The translations under genes were made by a program, and so were the position numbers. Positions 42,119-52,105 of a stretch of 64,000 nt of DNA are shown one piece after another (position 1 is the first letter of the stretch; each line of letters starts with the position of its first letter). Source of the stretch: a virus. The notes beneath the pieces were generated by a model that ran no database searches, was not told where the DNA came from, and saw nothing but the letters and a program-made list of their open reading frames with translations. Location: the IMG/VR virus record IMGVR_UViG_3300037882_004127, positions 13,860-77,859 of that record; one strand, written 5' to 3'.

Positions 42119-43039
42119 CTATTTATTGAAGGCCGGACACCCCGAATATCTACGAACCTCTACACTTTCCCCTTTTTCTTTGTCAAATTCAGGTTCTTCG
42201 CTAATGTCGTATCCCGCAATGATATTTTTATCTTTATCCAGTTTAACTTTATAATTTCTAGCCTGCTTAAATTGACAGACTCGCCAACAGAATCCATCAT
42301 CGGTATCCTTCTTAAATATTTTCTTGGCCTCAACTTCCGTAAACTTGGAAAATACATATCCCATGTACTCCAGATAAGATTCAATCCCGGCTAATTCCGC
42401 ATCATTTTTTGGCGGGACAATTTGTATGTGCTTTTGGGGATCTTTCTTTGTTGGGGGGTGACGGACAAGAATGAACTGAACCTCGGCGGGTAAACCATAC
42501 TTTTTCTTGCAATAGCTCTGATAAACCGAGGCTTGGATATTTTCGCTTAATTCGGATGGGGTGAATCTCTTTCCCTGTGTCTTATAATCTGTGATGACCA
42601 CCTTATCGGGGAATACCGCGACCCTATCAAGGAAACCTCTCATCGGGTATTTTTTGCCAATGGTTAGGTTAAATTCTTGCTCGGGCGGAAATTTCTGAAC
42701 CGCGCCCTCATCTAGGTAATTGGTTTGGGTTAAGACTAATAAAACCATATCGTCAATCTCGTCAATTAAATTTTGCGGCAACGAATACTTATTTTGCCAC
42801 ATTTGAATTAATCTCGCAATCTGGGGACTGTTGTAGACCGATTTTTTACCGCTCAGAATTAAATCATAATGCTTTTTGTGGCGTGGGTTTAATAGACATT
42901 CTAGAATTGAGTGGACCAAACTGCCACATGTCGTTTTGACGTGGGTTTTTTCGGGTAGTTTTAATACCTCCTTGCAGTAGAATAGCCATGAACAACTATT
43001 AATTTCTTTAATTCGAGACGCTGATAGACGAATTTGCAT
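42119..43039 (-). CDS. Cas4/AddB-like PD-(D/E)XK exonuclease
   Basis: LSAS....C, GSLVH, GFLDR, DYKT, Q...Y, C-terminal cysteines. Confidence 0.8.
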   Translation of the reverse strand: MQIRLSASRIKEINSCSWLFYCKEVLKLPEKTHVKTTCGSLVHSILECLLNPRHKKHYDLILSGKKSVYNSPQIARLIQMWQNKYSLPQNLIDEIDDMVLLVLTQTNYLDEGAVQKFPPEQEFNLTIGKKYPMRGFLDRVAVFPDKVVITDYKTQGKRFTPSELSENIQASVYQSYCKKKYGLPAEVQFILVRHPPTKKDPQKHIQIVPPKNDAELAGIESYLEYMGYVFSKFTEVEAKKIFKKDTDDGFCWRVCQFKQARNYKVKLDKDKNIIAGYDISEEPEFDKEKGESVEVRRYSGCPAFNK

Positions 43040-44226
43040 TATAATTTTACCATTTCTTCTTCAAAAATTGAAAAATCTGCAATATACTTTACTTCTTTTC
43101 CTATATTCGCGGCCTCTCGCACTAAATATCCGTCTTCGGAAAGTTCTCTAGTGGTATTATGTATCAAGCCTAAATCGTATTTGCCTTTAAAATATTCCAA
43201 TAAAGATTTTGGGCTTTGCCATTTTTCTGTTTCGAACATTAAACCCAATACTTCTTCTCTGCATTTAAACTTTTTAACCCCTTTAAACTCTGGTAACTTA
43301 TCAAACTTCTCCTTTTTTCTTTTCAAATAAATTGTCGCATCTTTGTAAAGAAATTTTTTAATCCAATTCATAGCCTCAAAACTGCAAAAATTTAAATACC
43401 CCATTCCGGGAGTGTTATGATCTTCAAAGTATCCCATTCTTATTGGAAAACCTCTTCTGGCTAATTCACCATAAATAGCCCTAACAAACAATTTGGTCCC
43501 CAAAAAATTTACATTCCATTTCTCATACTTTCCTTGTTGCGACATACAAATACATCCATCCCCATCAAAATAACCACGCAAAAAATGTGGCATCAAATCA
43601 AATGGAATTTTATCTACGGGAATTTTATTAAGAGTTAAGCTTTTCCTTGGCTCACATCCTAACTTAATCAAATCGCCTCGAATAATTTTGCTATTTATTC
43701 TTACTTTAGCGGTAGATTGTAATCTGACTACCTCTTTTGTTTTTGGGTCTCGAATTTTCTCTACTCGCTCTTCAAGAATATGTTCTGCCTCAACGCACTC
43801 TTTATAAAGGTTTAAATGATCTATCTCATCTCCTTTCAAAAGAATGTTTACTCCGCTATCGGTGATGCACCCATCCGCATAGATAAAACCGAGCCAATAG
43901 GCTTTTGCTTCGGTGTTAATTTTTTCAAAAAAATCAAAATTACAATAATATTGTTTCCCTCCAGCGCAGCAAAAATGTTTGAGCAATTTATGAGTACGCA
44001 AAAATTTAATTGATTCTCTGGAAATTCTAAATGTATTTATCATCCATAATGGACCCATCTGGTATCTTATGCATTTATATAAATAGCGAAATTCTTCTAA
44101 ATTTAACTTATTCAACCCTTCGTTATTAATAAATTTGGGGTCTTTTCGCAAAGATAAATAAATTTGCTCAGCGGCATTGTCTCTGGCACTAATCTTATTT
44201 TTAAAATCCTTCGTTCGTATAATCAT
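43039..44226 (-). CDS. LAGLIDADG homing endonuclease (free-standing)
   Basis: AYWLGFIYADG and FLRGYFDGDG. Confidence 0.9.
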   Translation of the reverse strand: MIIRTKDFKNKISARDNAAEQIYLSLRKDPKFINNEGLNKLNLEEFRYLYKCIRYQMGPLWMINTFRISRESIKFLRTHKLLKHFCCAGGKQYYCNFDFFEKINTEAKAYWLGFIYADGCITDSGVNILLKGDEIDHLNLYKECVEAEHILEERVEKIRDPKTKEVVRLQSTAKVRINSKIIRGDLIKLGCEPRKSLTLNKIPVDKIPFDLMPHFLRGYFDGDGCICMSQQGKYEKWNVNFLGTKLFVRAIYGELARRGFPIRMGYFEDHNTPGMGYLNFCSFEAMNWIKKFLYKDATIYLKRKKEKFDKLPEFKGVKKFKCREEVLGLMFETEKWQSPKSLLEYFKGKYDLGLIHNTTRELSEDGYLVREAANIGKEVKYIADFSIFEEEMVKL

Positions 44227-45330
44227 TCAATATTCTCCCCGCATTCCTTACAAGAGTCAAACAATAATGATAAAGGTAACTTCTCCTCGATCCTACCATT
44301 AAAATACTTGCTCAGTTTAACCTCTGCGTCCTCAAAATTTTTCCACCCCCGCCATTTACCAGCGCCCGGATAGCCTCCCAAATCCAAAAAGTTGCACCAC
44401 GGGAACTCAACTCCGCCAACTTCCTTTACTTCATAATATGGGCATTGATTCACCTTGCCGCGAAAATTATTCTCAACCGAGGGTAGTTCAACCCAAGTAT
44501 AGCAATAACCGCCGGGTGGAATTTTACTTTTATCTTTAATCATTTGTTAAATTTATTTACAAGCGAAGGAAAAACCCAAATGAGAAGTAAAACTGGGGAG
44601 AGTATAACTAAAATAAAAAACGGTAAAAAAGCAAATAAATTAAAATAAGGCGTCTTATCTAAGATGCTTTTAATCTCATTCTTTAACCCCTCATCTGTTA
44701 ATATTTTGAAGAATAGAATAACCGAACAAATTAACCAAAAAATAATCATTTCGAGCGAGCCTCCCGCCGATCTTTGTTTACTTGTTCGTTCAACATGGCC
44801 TCTTCTAATTTCTCGTAAGCCCTTGATAATGAAGGACATGACCACGCATTGTGCCGCCCAAAATCTTCATTCGACGGGCCACATTCCTTAGGCTCAAATT
44901 TAATCAAAATCTCTTTCCCTTCGACATTTTTCACTAACATTTCGGCCTCCTTACTAACGTGAATTTTAAAAACTTCCCATGCCATTCCCTTACTAGGATC
45001 ACTTTCGAGGAGAGGTTTATTCAAGCATTGCTTAAAAATCGCCCAATCGCCCTTGCGCGTAACCAGTTGGTAATGAAAGCCATTCTTAATGAAATTTGTA
45101 AGTGGTTCCATATCAATAACTTAAGGTGAATTGTTTGACCTTGGCTGTGAAAGCCCCATATTTTTCATGGTTGCGAAACATTTCTAATTTTTCAAATTCT
45201 GTATTCCCATATCCAGAGCAATAGTCTCTTTTAAATTTGGCGAACATCCAATCTCTAGCGGCTTTTTTATTTTCGAATATCGATTGATAGCCATGCCCGG
45301 ACGGATCTTCGTATGATGCAACGTAAATTT

Positions 45331-45795
45331 TCATAGCTCAAAAATATTCCCCACAACCTCATATGCGTAATCATTCTTATGCAGCCAAGCGCTCGCCGCC
45401 CCGCTTTTCGCCCAATCCCCATTTAGCCAGACATATTTCAAAATGAAGGCGCAAAATTCCTCATCATATTTAACTTCAGCTCGCGCATAAATTATGTCGG
45501 GGCTTGGTAAGGGTTTTGTAACATCAACCTCATAAACATTCTCGCCAACTTTGGTCTTAGTAAAATTTAATGGGGAAACGTTTAGTATGTCACCTTCGTA
45601 AATTTCGCGCCCGTTTAGATCAGATAAACCCGTAAATTGTTGAATAATAATTTTGGGGAAATCTCCATCCGCCGAAATCAACCTATCCTCCCTCTGGTAT
45701 CCCGCATTATGGTTAGACACATTAAACCAAGCAAATCCGTTCTCCTCCCACTCTTTCTTCACACGATTCCAGACGCGAAATTTAATGGTTCTCAT
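45331..45795 (-). CDS. YopX-family protein
   Basis: IKFRVW, QQFTGLSDLNGREIYEGDIL, EVVGNIFE. Confidence 0.85.
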   Translation of the reverse strand: MRTIKFRVWNRVKKEWEENGFAWFNVSNHNAGYQREDRLISADGDFPKIIIQQFTGLSDLNGREIYEGDILNVSPLNFTKTKVGENVYEVDVTKPLPSPDIIYARAEVKYDEEFCAFILKYVWLNGDWAKSGAASAWLHKNDYAYEVVGNIFEL

Positions 45796-46304
45796 TACAA
45801 CTTTTTACAATATTTCCTAAGTTTTGTCAAGCCTGTTTTAGAGCCTAAATTGAACAACGGAATCCCTTTATCTTTACAGACCAAAATTCCGGTGCAAGAT
45901 CCGCCAACCTCTTTGCCCTCGGGCGTCCAACAAACAGCCACGGTGGAAGGAGTTTCGTTATCTGAACCCAAAATTAATGCTACGTTGCGAGCGTGGAAAA
46001 TTCGATGATTCAATTTGAGTTGATCCCAATGACCAACATATTTTGACGCCGCTTCCCAATTTTCGGGTGTATGTAAAATTCCATTGTAATGATTATTGTA
46101 GCCTTGCCACGGTAGATAAAGCTCAACTTTGGAATTGGCGACTTTTTTGAACCCGTTGAGCCCAGCGTCATCTATTCCAATGGCTCCTCCAGTGCGTAAA
46201 ACCCATCCTTTCTTGGCGAAAAATTCAGCGATTTGGCCAATTTTGAGTAAGTCATCACCTGAAAATCCTTCGCGCGAACCGAAAATTGAAATATATTTAG
46301 GCAT
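45795..46304 (-). CDS. SLOG/DprA-like nucleotide-binding protein
   Basis: GSR, LRTGGAIGID, LYLPW, ARN...ILG, CWT..G...GGS, IPLFNL. Confidence 0.75.
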   Translation of the reverse strand: MPKYISIFGSREGFSGDDLLKIGQIAEFFAKKGWVLRTGGAIGIDDAGLNGFKKVANSKVELYLPWQGYNNHYNGILHTPENWEAASKYVGHWDQLKLNHRIFHARNVALILGSDNETPSTVAVCWTPEGKEVGGSCTGILVCKDKGIPLFNLGSKTGLTKLRKYCKKL

Positions 46305-46322
46305 TGTTAACTTTATAATGAA

Positions 46323-46350
46323 ATTATAAGGGTTTCGGAAGATGAGTCAA
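46323..46350 (-). promoter_or_regulatory. sigma70-type promoter
   Basis: TTGACT-N16-TATAAT upstream of ATG 46304. Confidence 0.6.
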
Positions 46351-46644
46351 ACTAAATGATTGACCATTTGACCGAAATTCCCAATAATCTCATCAGTGGC
46401 TCTAAACCGATTTTCAATTCCTAAAAGGTTAACCCCCTCCCAAATCAAAAGTATTTGTGAAAAGTTTAACCTAACTGATACCCAGTTCAGAGAGGGGACG
46501 GTTGGCCGCAAGGTAAATTTTCAATTATGCGCCTACATTTGTATCCTCTTAGGCTATAAAGATTGGTATCCAAAATATTGGCCCAAAAGAATGAATAATT
46601 GAAAATAATTTGATTTCCCGCATAAAATTAGTGTATACTTATTT

Positions 46645-47160
46645 AAGGTCTAATAAAAGCGCGAACAAACGCTACAATTACGCCAAGCTATCGCACAGGT
46701 CCTACCACGACGCAATTCGTGCCTGTGAATAGACCACTTTTTATTCAGACATTATGAATAAATGGGCCGCGAGAGTGACGCGGGATAAAAAATCGTTGAG
46801 GTAATACCTTAACACACCAGTTAAATACCAAGCTAACCGCGTTTCTTCCTAACAAGGATAGAATAGAACGAGATTGTATCAAATTTGAATGGGGCTAATT
46901 ACTGGAGCCTGTCTCGCAAGACTTAAAAGTAGTTCGATGGCGAAATTAAGTTGCGCTTCACGTTTGGGCAAATGCCGGTTAATCCCGGTAATCCCCGGTT
47001 TTCGTAAGAAGATTTCCGATAATAGAGCGTGTTTGGGTTAGCCGACCCAATGTTGTCACTTTGTCTTTTGGCTATACCGAACTGAGTTCCCAAAAACATC
47101 AAGCCTATTTACGGATTTTCCGTTTCTAGGCAGTGTTGTGTCTATGCGTAATAAATTACG
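46645..47160 (+). ncRNA. candidate large structured noncoding RNA (family unknown)
   Basis: No ORF >=60 aa from 46603 to 47137; preceded by GTGTAT (46631); many nested hairpins. Confidence 0.45.
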
Positions 47161-48388
47161 TCAAGCTACCCGAAATAAGCCCCGGCCCCTAAAGTGGCCA
47201 AGCTTAAATACTTATGAAAAACCTCCGATCATTTCCGTAGGAAATAAAGGCGAAGCCTTTTCTCTGATTAACGGGGAAAATAAAAAACACCCAGAATTCA
47301 ATCTAAGTGTTTACCTAACCAAGGAATTAAGAGCTATATGATCTAGCACAATAAATTATACGCCCCAACCTTATATCCATAGCCCCATGCCAAACTAGCC
47401 GGAATTAAAAACACAACAGACAACCAATCCCGAGTATCATTTCTATGCGCGCACAATCCCGCCGCAAAGGCCAGCCAAACACACATAATCAGAGCTAGAC
47501 TTTCTACGAATAAGCGAAAAGTAGATTTAATCATTTATGCTCGTTAGTTTCCAAAATTTCGCCGCAATAAGCTCTTCCTGTTCTTCCTCGCTTAGCTCCC
47601 CGTTTCCCGCTCGTGCGGCATATGACCAAGCATCCGCATTCTCAATCAACTTCCTTAACCCATCGTTATTCCCGCACACACAGAATAAGTTAATCTTATG
47701 GAGAAAGTCCTCGTAAACCTTAATTTTCTCCTGATCTGTTGGGATTTTAATCATTTTCGGCCACCTTTCTCATCAACTCGTTAAATTCTTCTCCATATCC
47801 GTTGATAATATATTTTGGGTTAGATGTTGGGTCTCGCCCTTCGTGAATGCAAGTAAAATCCTCAATAATATCATTTAATGGGACATCAAAATCAATTTGC
47901 GCGATTAGTTTACCATCTTTCTTGATCTCATGCCAGTATTCACCTTTTTTATATCGGCAATCCCATCCAACCTTATAACCCAACGATTCAAAATATCTAA
48001 TAACTTCTTGGTTTTGATGTGTCATATTAAGCATCCCTAAGTTTCATTAACCGCGACCGTTCCTCAAGCAACTCGTTCAATCGTTTATACCATTTCGTTT
48101 TATCCTCGTTTGATCGGGCATCCATCCAACACCCGCGCGCCATGGATAAAGTCTTGTCAAGTTCTTCAATTAATTTAACGTAATCTTTGTTCATGCAATT
48201 TTTAATGTTACTTTATCCACAATAGGAATCTGTAGCCCAATACTCGCGGCGTCAAGTGATTTTCCGACACCAATTTTCTCCCAACCAGTTTCAACGTGAC
48301 TTAATCGTTTGAAAATAACCTTTTTCCCGGAACCAAAAGATAACAATCCGCGCCGTTCTTCCAAACTTACAAAAATCCAAATAATTAC

Positions 48389-49624
48389 TCATTTTGACTT
48401 TTTGTTGGACTTCTGCTTCATCAAGGAACTAATCGGATTCGCAAGCGAATCTAATGAACTTCCCTCTCCACAGACTTTAATTCCCGCAGAACTTGCGGTA
48501 TTTTTGTTATGCATATCGTTTAGATAATAGTTTTTCAGGTTAATAGCGACGTTGAGATCGCGGTCGGTAGTTGTATTATCGTCATGTATAGTCGTTCTGT
48601 CCGCCAAAGTCAAGGAATTATTTATTTTTCCTGATTTGTGGTCCAGTTTTGAACTGGGATAGAAGCGATTCGCGATAATCACTGTCCGACCATACCATTT
48701 TGCCTTATATTCAATCATTCGACGAAACGCATAAAATGACGCATCGCCAATAGACTGAGCTAATTTATGATTTTTCATCATATTAGAAACAGATAAATCC
48801 TCTAAAACAATAACTTGGTTATCGTTTACTATTTTAGTGGTTGCTTTGTGTATGGCGTCTTTTCTAATATTTGAAATTCTATAATGTAATTTTGCTAATT
48901 TTTTCTTTGCTTTCTCTCTGTTTTTAGAACCTTTCTTCTTTTTGGATAATTGTCTTTGTTTGCGTTTTAGTTTCTTTAAGTTCTTTTTTAATGCCTTGGG
49001 ATTTTCAAAAATTGTTCCGTCTGAGCAGGTGGCCAGAACCTTAATTCCCAAATCTATACCGACCGCTTCATTTGCGGGTGTGGGTGCGACCTTTACCACA
49101 TCTTCAATCAGGCACGAGACAAACCACTTTCCCGCCCTACTACTAACTGTTACCGATTTAATCTCAGCATCTAGCGGAATATAATCTGATTCTTTCAATT
49201 TTACTTCGCCAATTCTAGGCAATTTAATATGGTTTCTATCTGAGATGTAAATTGAACCATCTAATTTGAATGATTGTTTTTCGTTTTTCTTAGATTTGAA
49301 CTTCGGAAAACCCTTTTTACCTTTAACTTTTTTCTTGCAACGGGCGAAAAAGTTCTTAAATGCAATATCACAATTTATCAGGGCTGATTGCGGAGCAGAT
49401 TTACTTGAATTATACATCCAACCAAGTTCGGATTGCTTTAACTTATTCAACTCTCTATGTAACTCTATTGCATTTGGGATTTTCTCTTTTTTCTCAAACG
49501 CCTCCTTCTTCTTCGCTAACGCCCAATTATAAGCAAATCTCGCACAACCAGCATGTTGCGATAATAAAGTTCGTTGCTTATTATTAACGTCTAATTCTAT
49601 TTTATAAGCACGAAGAAAGTTCAT
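48389..49624 (-). CDS. tnpB: IS607-type TnpB
   Basis: RAYKIEL...HAGCARFAYNWAL, GFPKFKSK, GIDLG, VLEDL, DRDLN. Confidence 0.92.
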   Translation of the reverse strand: MNFLRAYKIELDVNNKQRTLLSQHAGCARFAYNWALAKKKEAFEKKEKIPNAIELHRELNKLKQSELGWMYNSSKSAPQSALINCDIAFKNFFARCKKKVKGKKGFPKFKSKKNEKQSFKLDGSIYISDRNHIKLPRIGEVKLKESDYIPLDAEIKSVTVSSRAGKWFVSCLIEDVVKVAPTPANEAVGIDLGIKVLATCSDGTIFENPKALKKNLKKLKRKQRQLSKKKKGSKNREKAKKKLAKLHYRISNIRKDAIHKATTKIVNDNQVIVLEDLSVSNMMKNHKLAQSIGDASFYAFRRMIEYKAKWYGRTVIIANRFYPSSKLDHKSGKINNSLTLADRTTIHDDNTTTDRDLNVAINLKNYYLNDMHNKNTASSAGIKVCGEGSSLDSLANPISSLMKQKSNKKSK

Positions 49625-50782
49625 TCAATCACAATATTTAAAAACATATCCGTTTTTTGTTTTTTTGTTTCTCCCGCCGCATATTGCCCAAATAGCTGGT
49701 TTAGATATATTAAACTTGCTAGATACTTCATCGGAGGAATTGAATTTTCCTACTAACTCACGATTTTTATCAAATACTAGTATGCTTCGACTGTCTCCTC
49801 CCACCTTTTCCATGTCAAAACCTAATTTTTTCCTCGCTTTTAGCAAGGTGCTAGGATGGATTCCAATATCTTTTGCTACGGCTTCCCAGTTATTTCCATT
49901 TTCTTGGTATTTTTTGGTTAAGAAATCTGAAGTTAAGAAATTTGTATCCCGTCTTTGAATCTCTTGAGACAGACATTTTGTATATAAATCATATTTTCTA
50001 TCCAAAGAAACCAACGAATCCTTATAAAAGACATTTAATATTGGTTGACATAAATTTATTCCGCATACCCCAAAGGTAAAAACAGAAGTATTCTTCCTTT
50101 TTTTTCTGACCGCATCAGTTTTTATATGTTTTTTTATAAAGATTTCAAAATCTATAATGATTTGTTCTTTCCCTACGGCTGATATAGACCAATTTTTGGC
50201 AGTTCTATCCTTCGCCACTGAAAAACTTATGCATCCATCTCCATCGAAATATCCCCTCCAAAAATGTCTTTCAAATTCGCTTGGAATGCCCGCTGGATAA
50301 GAAGCCGTTTCTGTTTTATTTGGGACTATTCCATATTTAGAAAGATCGGAAACCATTTTTTTACAGCCTATAAATAAACCACAAGCAGAATATAACTTTT
50401 CTTTTATTTTGGCGTTAATTTTTTTAATTAAATGATTAGACTCAATAAATTTTCTAAATTTTTCAACATGACTTATGTCGGCTAAAGCCAATCTAATTGC
50501 AAAATGTTTCTTCCCAGCGACATACCCATCTGCCATTATAAATCCTAGCCAGTATGCCTTTTCTTCAGTGTCGATTTTTTCAAATACACTTTCATTCAAA
50601 GAATATTTTTTGTAAATAGGGTCTCGGCTTTTTCTTATGCAAATCCCTCGCTTTTTTAGCTCTCTAATACAACACGAATAACTGAGCCCAAACCGAGCCG
50701 CTGATACTTTAGCCGTATCGCCGCTCATATAACAATTGACCATTCCATCTTTTTGATTTTGATTTACGATTTTACTTGGCAT
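49625..50782 (-). CDS. LAGLIDADG endonuclease with C-terminal HTH/NUMOD1 (start likely ATG 50782)
   Basis: AYWLGFIMADG, FWRGYFDGDG, C-terminal V.VFDK....GKF.S..E...GYVFKY. Confidence 0.9.
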   Translation of the reverse strand: MPSKIVNQNQKDGMVNCYMSGDTAKVSAARFGLSYSCCIRELKKRGICIRKSRDPIYKKYSLNESVFEKIDTEEKAYWLGFIMADGYVAGKKHFAIRLALADISHVEKFRKFIESNHLIKKINAKIKEKLYSACGLFIGCKKMVSDLSKYGIVPNKTETASYPAGIPSEFERHFWRGYFDGDGCISFSVAKDRTAKNWSISAVGKEQIIIDFEIFIKKHIKTDAVRKKRKNTSVFTFGVCGINLCQPILNVFYKDSLVSLDRKYDLYTKCLSQEIQRRDTNFLTSDFLTKKYQENGNNWEAVAKDIGIHPSTLLKARKKLGFDMEKVGGDSRSILVFDKNRELVGKFNSSDEVSSKFNISKPAIWAICGGRNKKTKNGYVFKYCD

Positions 50783-50845
50783 ATATAAGTAATACACCAA
50801 ACATCGTTGAAAGTGAAAGCGTTTTACATCGTATTTTCATTTTAC

Positions 50846-51094
50846 TCACGATTTACTAAAAGCTATGATTTTTTCAATAGCGTCTTTAATTTTTTCTAAT
50901 TCTGAAACCGGAATGTTATCCTTAATCTGGTCTTTCACTATAATTTTTTCAATATCAGTTTTATAATAACGGCGGTGCCCGCCTTCGGTGTGAAATGGCG
51001 TTAGTTTTCCGTCACGCTCCCAATTTCTTAGGGTTTCGTCAGAAACGCCCAAAAGAGACGCGGCTTCACTGATAGATAGGATGTTTTTATCCAT
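50846..51094 (-). CDS. MerR-type HTH protein (IS607 TnpA DNA-binding domain only)
   Basis: LSISEAASLLGVSDETLRNWERDGKL...TEGGHRRY; no YARVS serine-recombinase motif; start likely at MDKNIL. Confidence 0.8.
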   Translation of the reverse strand: MDKNILSISEAASLLGVSDETLRNWERDGKLTPFHTEGGHRRYYKTDIEKIIVKDQIKDNIPVSELEKIKDAIEKIIAFSKS

Positions 51095-51776
51095 TGTTAT
51101 TAATAATTCTCTTCTTAGCGGTATCAAAAGAATCTTGATCCTTTTCTATTCCGATAAATCGCCGGTTTGTATTTTTCGCGGCTGAACATATTGTTGCAGA
51201 ACCAGCAAACGGGTCTAAAATTAAATCTCCTTCATCAGAACTATTCGTCACTAATTTTTCAATAAAATCATATGGCTTCTCCGTCACATGTAGTTTGCCA
51301 GATTTTGCGGTTGGCGTTTTTACAAACTCATAATCACGCGAGGTCATATCGTTAATAGGTTTAGCCGCACCTTTTCTAAAAAATAAAACAAACTCAGTAT
51401 ATTTTAAATACCAACGATTTGGCATTTTTGTATCCTTAATCATACTGATGATATTATGCAGTTTGAAACACGCTTTTTGAGATTGATTTAAATAATCTTG
51501 GATGCTGTTGATATTGGCGAAAGTGTAAAAATGGGTATCATCTTTTAAGACTCGAAAGCACTCACTCATCCAAGCGTAAGTGTCTGGCAATTTTCCATCA
51601 AAGAGATTTTCGGAAGAACTCGCAGGCATATAATTTGGGCGACAACTTTTCCCATTTTTCGTCATTTTATATGGCGGGTCAGTGATTATTAAATCAACGG
51701 ATTTATCAGGAACCGAAGCAATCAGCTCTAAACAATCACCATGATAAATGTTATTAGGCTCAATCAGCATACTCAA
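51087..51776 (-). CDS. N6-adenine/N4-cytosine DNA methyltransferase (beta class)
   Basis: GDC, TDPPY, HVTEKP, LDPFAGS, IGIE. Confidence 0.9.
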   Translation of the reverse strand: MSMLIEPNNIYHGDCLELIASVPDKSVDLIITDPPYKMTKNGKSCRPNYMPASSSENLFDGKLPDTYAWMSECFRVLKDDTHFYTFANINSIQDYLNQSQKACFKLHNIISMIKDTKMPNRWYLKYTEFVLFFRKGAAKPINDMTSRDYEFVKTPTAKSGKLHVTEKPYDFIEKLVTNSSDEGDLILDPFAGSATICSAAKNTNRRFIGIEKDQDSFDTAKKRIINNNG

Positions 51777-51943
51777 ACCAATCCTTTCTGTTGAAACAAT
51801 CTAAACCATTCATCATAAATCTTCTGAAATTCCTCAACGGTGGGAATCTCATCCAATTCAAACGGAATCTGATGGATTTCCCCATCGTCCGTTTCAAACT
51901 CTGTTTTGGTAATTCTAGTAATCATTTTAAGTTGTGCTTTCAT
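51773..51943 (-). CDS. small acidic hypothetical protein at the IS607 left end
   Basis: ORF directly behind a GTGTAT motif inside the element. Confidence 0.55.
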   Translation of the reverse strand: MKAQLKMITRITKTEFETDDGEIHQIPFELDEIPTVEEFQKIYDEWFRLFQQKGLV

Positions 51944-52024
51944 ATATAAATACACGGAAAATCTACAAAAGTGAAATTATTTTTGACTATTTTGTAGTTA
52001 TTTTAGATTTTTAAGCTACTGTTG

Positions 52025-52105
52025 CCGACCCTCGGGGTAATGAAGTTGATCGCCGAAAATATTAAAGGGGATTTTCCCGGCGTATAGTTTTTGTTTTTTA
52101 CTCAT
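52025..52105 (-). pseudogene. 5' fragment of the gene interrupted by the IS607-like element (3' fragment 48191..48352)
   Basis: MSKKQKLYAGKIPFNIFGDQLHYPEGR joins RGLLSFG...KIA* in frame; ATGA overlaps at both outer ends. Confidence 0.65.

Larger units (their letters stand above)
48353..52024 (-). mobile_element. IS607-like composite non-autonomous element (small ORF, DNA MTase, MerR-HTH, LAGLIDADG, TnpB)
   Basis: GG at both junctions (52025-26 and 48353-54), right end GTAAGTTTGGAAGAACGG, related subterminal AT-rich repeats, removal restores an 80-aa ORF. Confidence 0.75.

Noticed and set aside
46645-47160. tmRNA, RNase P RNA, tRNA or self-splicing intron
   Set aside because: Hallmark motifs (T-loop/CCA end, GAGGAAAGUCC, P7 pairing, domain V) not found by eye, and no interrupted gene flanks it
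48353-52024. IStron (group I intron + IS607)
   Set aside because: Although co-oriented with the host gene, the left end is only ~70 bp of AT-rich repeats with no group I core
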